From a virus (taxonomy: Duplodnaviria; Caudoviricetes), in IMG/VR virus record IMGVR_UViG_3300033067_001707, positions 1 through 27,279 of that record: a stretch of DNA of 27,279 nt. One strand, given 5' to 3'. The notes under the pieces are model-generated. The model had not been told where the DNA came from, did not search any database, and worked only from the letters and a program-made list of their open reading frames with translations. Each line of letters begins with the position of its first letter. The first letter of the stretch is position 1. Position numbers and translations under genes: made by a program. Below are positions 1 to 7,191 of this stretch, piece after piece.

Positions 1-3
1 CCC

Positions 4-16
4 TAAGTCATTGAAA
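4..16 (-). promoter_or_regulatory. IHF-like binding site beside the att core
   Basis: Minus strand TTTCAATGACTTA is one mismatch from the IHF consensus WATCAANNNNTTR and lies 3 nt from the tRNA CCA end. Confidence 0.45.
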
Positions 17-19
17 AGA

Positions 20-65
20 TGGTGCCGACGGTCAGGATTGAACTGACGACCTACTGATTACGAAT
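20..65 (-). mobile_element. att core: 3' half of tRNA-Thr(CGT), anticodon loop to CCA
   Basis: Minus strand reads ATT-CGT-AATCAGTAGGTC-GTCAG-TTCAATC-CTGAC-CGTCGGC-ACCA: CGT anticodon, T-arm and acceptor 3' strand with CCA. The 5' half is absent and replaced by unrelated sequence, as expected for an attP or attR duplication. Confidence 0.88.
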
Positions 66-68
66 GCG

Positions 69-111
69 AAGGCGTTTTTCTTCTAAGCCATAGAAGAAAA
101 ACGCCTTTTTT
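69..111 (+). terminator. Perfect 17-bp inverted repeat with T-run; intrinsic-terminator-like
   Basis: AAGGCGTTTTTCTTCTA (69-85), loop AGCCA, TAGAAGAAAAACGCCTT (91-107), with a T-run to 111 on the + strand. Confidence 0.55.
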
Positions 112-160
112 GCTGACTGTCAGAGTTTGCTGGGGTGATCGCTTGGCGGTTGCTGGGCGA

Positions 161-370
161 TCAGTCGGTGTTCTTGCGGTCCTGGAAAATGAGGCTGAAC
201 ACGGCGGCGACGGCACCGGCAACAGCGGCGATCGTGGTGGTTTGCTCGGTGGTGAGGGTCACGCCGCCAGCAGTCAGCAGCAGGAACAGCACGCCGCTGC
301 GGGTGCTGGTCTGGCGCGCCTGGTCGGCGATGAAGGCGGCCCAGGCGGGTGCGGGGGGTTTGTCGGCCAT
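161..370 (-). CDS. Small membrane protein, holin-like (69 aa)
   Basis: GGAGAG RBS before the ATG at 370; two hydrophobic segments (GVLFLLLTAGGV, IAAVAGAVAAVFSLIF); charged C-terminus; last gene before att. Confidence 0.55.
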   Translation of the reverse strand: MADKPPAPAWAAFIADQARQTSTRSGVLFLLLTAGGVTLTTEQTTTIAAVAGAVAAVFSLIFQDRKNTD

Positions 371-371
371 G

Positions 372-755
372 TCACTCTCCGGGTTCGGGAATGGGGGCGG
401 GCGGGAAGAAACGGCTCTCCAGGCGCGCGAGGCTGGCTTTGATGGTGCCGAGTTCCGACAGGCTGGCTTCGCGGAACTTGAAGGCGCGTTCCTCCTGCCG
501 GCTGGCCACCTGGCGGGTTTCCACGCGGTGCGCCTCCAGCGCCTGCCACAGGTCGCCCAGGCCGTTGTCGTGGCGTTCGATGCCCGCCTGGTGGTGGGCA
601 TCGACCATCCGTTCCAGCGCCACCACGCGCTTGGTCAGCGCGCGGTTGTCCATCGCCTGCCGGGTGAGCACATAGCCGGCCAGCGCGATGCCGCCGGTGA
701 CGATGCCGCTGGCGACCAGCACGAACAGATCGAATTCGACCGCTCCGGTTTGCAT
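372..755 (-). CDS. Membrane-anchored coiled-coil protein, possibly lysis-associated (127 aa)
   Basis: ATG overlaps the tail spike stop (TGATG); N-terminal TM segment LFVLVASGIVTGGIALAGYVL followed by a helical charged region. Confidence 0.6.
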   Translation of the reverse strand: MQTGAVEFDLFVLVASGIVTGGIALAGYVLTRQAMDNRALTKRVVALERMVDAHHQAGIERHDNGLGDLWQALEAHRVETRQVASRQEERAFKFREASLSELGTIKASLARLESRFFPPAPIPEPGE

Positions 756-2404
756 CAGTACACCACGTTGTTGCCGTTGCTGGCGCTGTTCGCGCCGGCC
801 ACGGTGACGGTGCCGTTGGTGACGTTGCCGGCAATCACGTTGTAGTCGGCGACACCGCTTTCCACGATCGATGTGGCGACGCCGGTGCTGTCGCAGAGGT
901 TGGCCTGCACCACGCTGCTGGTGCAGCGCAGGCGGATATCGGTGTTGGTGTTGGCGGACAGGTGGTTGCCCACCACCACGTGCTTGGATCCCTGCAGGTC
1001 GATGCCGTAGCTGTTGATCGGCAGGCGGTTGCCCACGAGCTGGATCGCGGCACACGCGGCATCGGCCTGCACGCCCGGGGTGGCCGGCGCGCCGCCGCCC
1101 GTCACCAGGTCGCAGTTGGCCACCTTCCAGTTCTCGGCGCCGATGAAGGTGAGCGGCCCGCCGCTGCAGGTGAGGAAGGCGCAGCCGGTGAACTGGCCCC
1201 AGTCCTGGCCGGAAACGCCGGCGCCCTTTACCTGGCCGTTGGTGGAGAAACCGTTCACGCGCACGCTTTCGTCCGCGGCGCCGCCGCTGCCGGCGATCCA
1301 GATGCCGTAGTCGCTGCCGAGCTGGGCGAAGCCGCCCGCCACTTCGGTGTCCGTGCAGGTGTCGATGTAGATGCCGATCGCGGCCGAGACGCAGCGGATG
1401 CCGCGCAGCACGGTGGCGGCGCAGAAGCGCAGGTTCACCCCGCGCGCGCAGCCGAGCACATACAGATCCTCCAGCTGCACATAGACGCAGCGCTTGGCCA
1501 CGTCGGTGCCATCGATGTGCACGCCATACACGCCGGTGAACCCGCCATAGCTGAAGCCCAGCCGGCGGATGGTGAAGTTGGTGGTGGTGGCGGCGGCGCT
1601 GTATTTCAGCAGCTTCACGCCGTTGGCGCCGGCCACCAGCAGGGTGGTCAGCGGATCGTCGCCCAGGATGGTGACGTTGGGCTTCATCGTCACGTCGGAC
1701 ATGAGCTTGTAGCTGCCGGGCCGCAGGTAGACGATGCCGGCTGTCAGGCTGTTGATGGCGGCCTGCAGTGCGGCGGCACAGTCGGCGCTGCCGGTGTTGT
1801 CAGCGCCGTGGTCCACCACCAGGTCCACCACCTTGTGCCCGCCCAGCAGGCCGCGGGCGGTGGCCATGGCGGCGGCGGCCACCACGGGCATCATCTGGGC
1901 GGAGACGGGGGCGGTGCCGGCGGCCGGCAGGCTGGCGGTGATGTCGCCGTTGCTGTCGGTGGTGAGGTTCATGGAAAGGCGAGCGGCCCGGGCGGGCAGG
2001 GCGGGCAGGGCGGCCTCGCCGGGCGGGGCGCGCACGGTGCGGGCCAGGGCGGCCTGGGTTTCCTGCGCCACGGCCACGTCGCGGTCCACCATGCGTTCCA
2101 CGGTGGCGCCGGGCAGCGGGTCGGCGTTGTTGAGGCGCACCTGCTGGGTGGGCACGGTGGCGCGCTCGAACCGCCACGTGACCCCCACGGCGGGCGCGGC
2201 CAGGGCGGTGATGCTGCCGCTGGCGCCATTGCCGCCGGAAACGGTGTAGGCGCTGCCGCGTGCCAGGGTGGTGAGCGCGCCGGCCGCGTCGGTTTGGTAC
2301 ACCGCGAGCTCGTCGGCGCCGAAGAAGATGAACGGCACCGGGAAGATCGTGGTGCTGCCGTCGCCTGCATAGCTGATGCTGGTGGTGGTGCTGGTGAGCG
2401 TCAT
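755..2404 (-). CDS. Tail spike: T7 gp17-like N-terminal anchor plus pectate-lyase-like beta-helix (549 aa)
   Basis: N-terminus YAGDGSTTIFPVPFIFF...ERMVDRDVAVAQE is typical of podophage fibre anchors. GADNTGSADCAAALQAAIN...VYLRPGSYKL marks a beta-helix start, followed by repeated VVGN/VIAGN rungs. ATGA overlap with the upstream gene. Confidence 0.85.
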   Translation of the reverse strand: MTLTSTTTSISYAGDGSTTIFPVPFIFFGADELAVYQTDAAGALTTLARGSAYTVSGGNGASGSITALAAPAVGVTWRFERATVPTQQVRLNNADPLPGATVERMVDRDVAVAQETQAALARTVRAPPGEAALPALPARAARLSMNLTTDSNGDITASLPAAGTAPVSAQMMPVVAAAAMATARGLLGGHKVVDLVVDHGADNTGSADCAAALQAAINSLTAGIVYLRPGSYKLMSDVTMKPNVTILGDDPLTTLLVAGANGVKLLKYSAAATTTNFTIRRLGFSYGGFTGVYGVHIDGTDVAKRCVYVQLEDLYVLGCARGVNLRFCAATVLRGIRCVSAAIGIYIDTCTDTEVAGGFAQLGSDYGIWIAGSGGAADESVRVNGFSTNGQVKGAGVSGQDWGQFTGCAFLTCSGGPLTFIGAENWKVANCDLVTGGGAPATPGVQADAACAAIQLVGNRLPINSYGIDLQGSKHVVVGNHLSANTNTDIRLRCTSSVVQANLCDSTGVATSIVESGVADYNVIAGNVTNGTVTVAGANSASNGNNVVY

Positions 2405-4800
2405 CGCACGGCCTCCGTTGGGCGCAGCCAAAAGGTCTGGTCGTTCTCGCGCTTCACGCGCTGTTCCATTCGGCGCAGATAGCCGGGGTTGGCCCATTCC
2501 TGCAGGCGCCACAGCACGGCGTAGTCGATGCCGAGGCGGGTGTAGAACAGGTTGATCAGCGGCGTGTGGTTGGCGCCCATGCGGATGGCCTCGGCCGCGG
2601 CGTGGCCTTCGCCGCGCACGCGGTTGGCCATGAAGCGCGCCACCTCGTCGATGCTTCCGGCGGTGGGGCCGGCCAGGGAACTGACGAAGCCGCCGCCGAA
2701 GCGGTTGTTTTCGCCGAACAGGAAATCGCCGTAGATGCCCATGCCGCCGCCCTGCACGAAGGCAGCGGCCACGGTTTTGGCATAGCTGGCGGCGTCGTCG
2801 GGCTGGCGCGGGTTGCGCCCCTTGGCCAGCTCCTTCAGCGTCATGGCGAGGTAGCCCAGCGCAGTGGTGGCGGCGATCAGGTGCGCCACGCCGCCAGCAT
2901 CCACGCCGTCGCGGGTGAATTCGCGGCCGAGGCTGCGGGTAAGGTAGGTGGTGGTGAAGGTCTTGAACTGCAGCAGGGTGCGGATCAGCTCGCCGCCCCA
3001 GGTGCCGCGCTGGGTGCCAAGCGTGACGATGGCGCGCACGCCGGCGGTCGGTTCCGTCATGCCCTCGCGCACCTGGTCGGCGAAGTAGGCGCCCAGCTTG
3101 CGGCCGGCCTCGGCATCGGCCACGGCTTCCGGCAGCAGGTAGGCGGTGCCATCGGCGGTGCGGGCGGGGGCAGCGCGGATCGCGTCCCACTCCGCTTGCT
3201 CGATGCCGTAGCGGCGTAGGGTGGCTTGCAGGCGCGGGTGCAGCTCGGCGAGTTGGCGGCCGGCATTGTCGGCGAGGTTGGCGGACAGCATCAGGCCGCT
3301 GGTGCGCTTCATGCTGTCGGTCCAAAAGGACAGGCCGTTGAGTTTGTAGAACAGGTTGGCTGCCTTGGCGGCGCGGCCGGTCAGCCCGTCATCGGCGCCC
3401 AGGCGCAGGTGGATGTCGCCCAGCATGCTGTCGATGCCCATGCCCAGCGCGCGCGCCATCTGCTGGGTTTCCGGGCCCTTGGGCAACAGCGCCGTCATCT
3501 CGCGGGCATAGGCGTCGAACAGGCCGATGCCGTTGTGCCGCAGGGTGGCGGCGTTCACGGCCAGGTCGGGGATCGAGGAAAGCACCACGCCGCCCAGCTT
3601 GGTGAACTGCTGCAGCGCGCGCAGGTTGGCGCCGGCCTGGGCCAGGGTGGCGTCGCCGGGCACGTTGGCGCGCCCGTCCAGCACGGCCAGCACGTGGTCT
3701 GGGTGGCTGCTGCCGAGCTGGTCCGTGAGGCGGAAGTTGCCGGCATCGCGCGCGGCGGTGCGCAGGCGATCGATCCAACCTTCAAGCATGGCTTGAGGGT
3801 TGGTGCCGAACTGGCGCATCAGGGCCACGTCGCGGGTGCCTTTGTCCAGGCTGGCAATGATGCTGTCGGCCACCGCGCCGCGGCCGAATTGCTGGTTGTA
3901 GCCGAACCAGGCATCCGCATCGCGGAAGATCAGCACCCGTTCCTGCGACACTTTCTTGGCCAGATTGGCCGGGCCGGAGAAACCGGCCAGCGTTTCGCTG
4001 GTGCTGGTGGTGTGCACGCCGCTCGAAAGATTGTTCCAGATGTTGCGCAGGAACTGTTCGGGGTCGGCAGCATCGCGGAAGGTAATGGGGTCTAGCGCTG
4101 GCCGGATGGCGTCACGCCACGCGGCGTAGGCCTGCGGGGTGCCGTCGCCGCGGATCTTTAGCGTGTCGTGGCTCTGGCGGGTGATGTAGTGATCCTGCTG
4201 GCCGATCCAGGCGCCGGCCTGGTTCAGATGGTTGCGCAGCGCGTCCTGGTATTTGCCGAAGATCGCGGCGGCACTGGCGGCGTGGCGGTTGCCGGTGGGT
4301 GGCAAGCTGGGATCGCGGGCGCGCCACAGTTCGCGGGCCAGGTCTCGTTCGAACGCCTCATCGCGGGTAGCGATGGCGCGCAGCAGTCCGGCGGCTTCCA
4401 GGTCGTGCGTCAGGCCGCCCAGCATCTGGCCGCGCAGGCCGTGCCAGTTGGCTTCCACGCTGTCGGCCAGACCGCGCTCGGTGCCGCGCTGCACGCCGGT
4501 GAGGCTGGCCACAACGCTGTCGTATTCGCGATCGGGGATCACGCGCGCGTCCAGCCGGCGGCGGGCCAGCAGGTTCATGGCTTCGCTGCGGCGCTCGATC
4601 GCGGCGGCGGTGCGGATCTCGCTGCCCAGTTCGGTGCCGGCGCGCTGCGCGGCGGCCAAGCTGTCCATACCCTGCGCCTGGTAGAACTGCGTGCGCTGAT
4701 GCGCACGGGTGAAGATGCGGTCGGCCTCGTCCTCGGACAGATCCCGCCCGGCGGCGGCGTTGGCGGCGGCGAGGCAGGCCCTGAAGTTGCTGCCGCTCAT
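2401..4800 (-). CDS. Large internal virion (ejection) protein (799 aa)
   Basis: Position before the tail spike; helical; C-terminal motifs GELIRTLLQFKTF and GGGMGIYGDFLFG resemble the last internal virion protein of BPP-1/epsilon15-like phages; ATGA overlap. Confidence 0.75.
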   Translation of the reverse strand: MSGSNFRACLAAANAAAGRDLSEDEADRIFTRAHQRTQFYQAQGMDSLAAAQRAGTELGSEIRTAAAIERRSEAMNLLARRRLDARVIPDREYDSVVASLTGVQRGTERGLADSVEANWHGLRGQMLGGLTHDLEAAGLLRAIATRDEAFERDLARELWRARDPSLPPTGNRHAASAAAIFGKYQDALRNHLNQAGAWIGQQDHYITRQSHDTLKIRGDGTPQAYAAWRDAIRPALDPITFRDAADPEQFLRNIWNNLSSGVHTTSTSETLAGFSGPANLAKKVSQERVLIFRDADAWFGYNQQFGRGAVADSIIASLDKGTRDVALMRQFGTNPQAMLEGWIDRLRTAARDAGNFRLTDQLGSSHPDHVLAVLDGRANVPGDATLAQAGANLRALQQFTKLGGVVLSSIPDLAVNAATLRHNGIGLFDAYAREMTALLPKGPETQQMARALGMGIDSMLGDIHLRLGADDGLTGRAAKAANLFYKLNGLSFWTDSMKRTSGLMLSANLADNAGRQLAELHPRLQATLRRYGIEQAEWDAIRAAPARTADGTAYLLPEAVADAEAGRKLGAYFADQVREGMTEPTAGVRAIVTLGTQRGTWGGELIRTLLQFKTFTTTYLTRSLGREFTRDGVDAGGVAHLIAATTALGYLAMTLKELAKGRNPRQPDDAASYAKTVAAAFVQGGGMGIYGDFLFGENNRFGGGFVSSLAGPTAGSIDEVARFMANRVRGEGHAAAEAIRMGANHTPLINLFYTRLGIDYAVLWRLQEWANPGYLRRMEQRVKRENDQTFWLRPTEAVR

Positions 4801-7157
4801 CGCACCCCCACCATGCACAGTGCCGCGGCCTCGGTAGCGCGGGCTTCGGTCTCGGCGTGCTGCACGCCCTCGCGCAGGCGTGCCAGCGTGGCCTGTTCTT
4901 CCGGCGCCAGCTTCAGGGCTTCCAGCTGCTGGGCGATGCGGTCTGCATCGGCGGTGATGGCGGCCAGCTCGGGGTCGGCCTTGTTCATTTTCGCCGCCTC
5001 ATTTGAGGGGGCAGAAATGAACGTGGCGTCCTCTGCCATGCGCTGCGCTTCCCGGCTGGCGGCCACGTCCTCGGCGGCAGCGCGGGGTGCGCGGGCAAGA
5101 TCGTCCAGGGCCTGGGCGGTGGCTGCCTGCGGGTCGATGTGGCGGCCGGCAGCGCGCAGGATATCGGCGGGGCCGGCCGGTTGGCCGCCGAACAGGTCGG
5201 GGCCCGGCTGCACCTTCATGGCTTCGTCGGCGTAGCGAGTCAGCAGCTCGGCCAGGGGTTCGCGGCCCAGGGCGCGGGCCATGGCCTCGTCGCGGTGCAT
5301 CAGGCGCAGCAGCGCCATGGTGGCGGGGCCGGGCGGGGTGCTGAAGGCGTCGGCCTGGGCGAGCACCTCGCCCACGCTCTTGCCCTGGCTGCGAGCCTTC
5401 TCGATCAGCTGCACCGCCTCGCCCAGGGCGGCGGTGATGTCCAGGTCGGCCGGGATCTCGCCGCGCGCGGCGGCGGCACGCAGGCGGCCCCAGGGGCCGG
5501 CGGTGTCGGCCAGGGCGCCGGCGATGCCCTTCAGGTTTTCGGCCTCGCCGTTCAGCAGCTTTTCCAGCAGCGGGCCCAGCCCGTCGCCGAACGAATGGGC
5601 CAGGATCGCCTGGCGCAGCCGCTGCTCGCCGGCGGCCGACAGGCGGCCGTCAGACAGCAGCAGGGGCCCGCGTTCCTCGGCCGGCAGCTGGGCCAGGAAG
5701 CTGCGGGTGAAATCGCGGTTTTGGCTGCTGCTGAGCTGGCCGGCCTGCAGCTGGTCGATCGCCGCGCCGGCGCGGCCAGCATCGGCGCGCGCCTGCTCGG
5801 CCGCGTTCAGGCCTAGGTTCGGGCGCTCGTTTGCCCCCCGCGCGAACGCGCTGGCTTCCTCGGGTGCGAGGTCGGAAATCCGCCGACCGACCAACACCGG
5901 GCGTTCGATGCCCGTAAGGTCGTAGCCTTGGGCTTCCAGGTAGGCCCGATATGCTTGGGCGCGGTGGGCCAGGTCGGGCGAGGAATAGACGGTTTCGAGC
6001 GCGGCAATGCGGCCGTTGCCGCTTTCCACCACGCCGCGGCTATCAACGATGGGAGCGCCAGCACCAGCCTCGGGAGACGGCGCCAGGCGTTCAGGCTGAA
6101 GGTTCGCGGCAATGGCATGGATCTGGTCCTGGCTTCCTGCGGTGGAACGATCACGCGGCTGCAATCCCTCCGCGTGCGGGTAGAGCGGGTTCACGGTGCC
6201 GTCGGCCATGTGGCTGGGCACCAGGCTGGACAGGTCCACCACTTCCGGCCGGGCCTCGATCCGCAGGCCGCCCGGGGTGAAGGTGGCATAGGCGCCGTGC
6301 TGCGCCTGGGTGGCCACCTGGCGGTAGCTGGTGGCCGTGGGCAGGTTCATCACCGGCGCCACGTCCACCGGTCTGCCTTCGGCCAGCGCCGCCACGGCGC
6401 CGCGCAGCATCAGCTCGCGCACCACGGGCGGCGCCTCGGCCACGGCGCGTTCCACCGGGGTGGGCTTGGGGGCCCAGCTGGGCGGGCCGCCGCGCAGCTT
6501 GTCGCCGATCGCGCCGCCGGCCACGTGCAGGCCGGCCCCCAGCACGCCGCCAAAGGCCACGGCGGCCAGCGTCTCCGTCATGGTCCGGTCGTTGAATTCG
6601 GCGCGGCTGAGGCCCCATTCCAGCGGCTCGAGCGCGGCCATACCGGCCGCGCCCCCCACGGCGCCAGAGGCCGCGCGCGCCACGGTCAGGCTGGTGGTGC
6701 CCAGCATCTGCATCATGCGGGCTTCGCCGACGAACGGGATCAGCGCCACGCCGATGTTGATGGGGTCCAGCATGGCGGTGGCAAACGACACCACGCCGCG
6801 CCCTACGGCGCTGGTGGCAAGGCTGTCGCCGCGGCGGGCGATCACCGCCTGGCGGCGGGCCTCCGCCTCGCGGCCGTCGCGCAGCGCGCTGGCGACGGCT
6901 TCGGACACGGGCCGGTCGAATTTCAAGCCCGGCATGCCGTAGCTGGCGTTGGCTTCCTCGGGGTCCAGCAGGCGGCCGGAGGGGGTGAACTGGCGCGTGG
7001 TCCAGTCCCATATGCGCGGGCCGATGCTGTGATGCCAGGCGCTGCCGGCGGTGGCGGCCAGCACTTCGCCGGTACTGGCCTCGACGGCGCCAAGGCCTTG
7101 CGCCTGCACGGCCGCAGGCGCCAGCGGGTCGCCAAGGTAGAGGCCCGTAAAGCTCAT
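4797..7157 (-). CDS. Internal virion protein with DdrB-like ParB domain (786 aa)
   Basis: Hydrophobic Gly/Ala-rich N-terminal third (DPINIGVALIPFVG), typical of ejection proteins; central motifs LVPSH, LQPRDR and GAPIVDSRGVVESGNGR match the ddrB-ParB domain. Confidence 0.75.
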   Translation of the reverse strand: MSFTGLYLGDPLAPAAVQAQGLGAVEASTGEVLAATAGSAWHHSIGPRIWDWTTRQFTPSGRLLDPEEANASYGMPGLKFDRPVSEAVASALRDGREAEARRQAVIARRGDSLATSAVGRGVVSFATAMLDPINIGVALIPFVGEARMMQMLGTTSLTVARAASGAVGGAAGMAALEPLEWGLSRAEFNDRTMTETLAAVAFGGVLGAGLHVAGGAIGDKLRGGPPSWAPKPTPVERAVAEAPPVVRELMLRGAVAALAEGRPVDVAPVMNLPTATSYRQVATQAQHGAYATFTPGGLRIEARPEVVDLSSLVPSHMADGTVNPLYPHAEGLQPRDRSTAGSQDQIHAIAANLQPERLAPSPEAGAGAPIVDSRGVVESGNGRIAALETVYSSPDLAHRAQAYRAYLEAQGYDLTGIERPVLVGRRISDLAPEEASAFARGANERPNLGLNAAEQARADAGRAGAAIDQLQAGQLSSSQNRDFTRSFLAQLPAEERGPLLLSDGRLSAAGEQRLRQAILAHSFGDGLGPLLEKLLNGEAENLKGIAGALADTAGPWGRLRAAAARGEIPADLDITAALGEAVQLIEKARSQGKSVGEVLAQADAFSTPPGPATMALLRLMHRDEAMARALGREPLAELLTRYADEAMKVQPGPDLFGGQPAGPADILRAAGRHIDPQAATAQALDDLARAPRAAAEDVAASREAQRMAEDATFISAPSNEAAKMNKADPELAAITADADRIAQQLEALKLAPEEQATLARLREGVQHAETEARATEAAALCMVGVR

Positions 7158-7163
7158 TGGCCT

Positions 7164-7191
7164 GCGCCTCGCGCGCTACGCGCTGCCGGCG
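7164..7191 (-). repeat. Structured repeat copy 1 (intergenic)
   Basis: Minus: CGCC GGCA GCGC-GTA-GCGC GCGA GGCGC. Confidence 0.85.

Noticed and set aside
20-65. Complete tRNA-Thr gene
   Set aside because: No D-arm or 5' acceptor strand; similarity stops at the anticodon loop.
755-2404. Diversity-generating retroelement, given the BPP-1-like virion genes
   Set aside because: No reverse transcriptase and no TR/VR repeat pair seen; the spike ends in beta-helix rungs rather than a C-type lectin VR.
1265-5100. Partial motif look-alikes near 1275-1295, 4865-4888 and 5072-5096
   Set aside because: Each lacks the GCGA side, the paired inner stem or the outer stem; such partial matches are expected by chance at this GC content.
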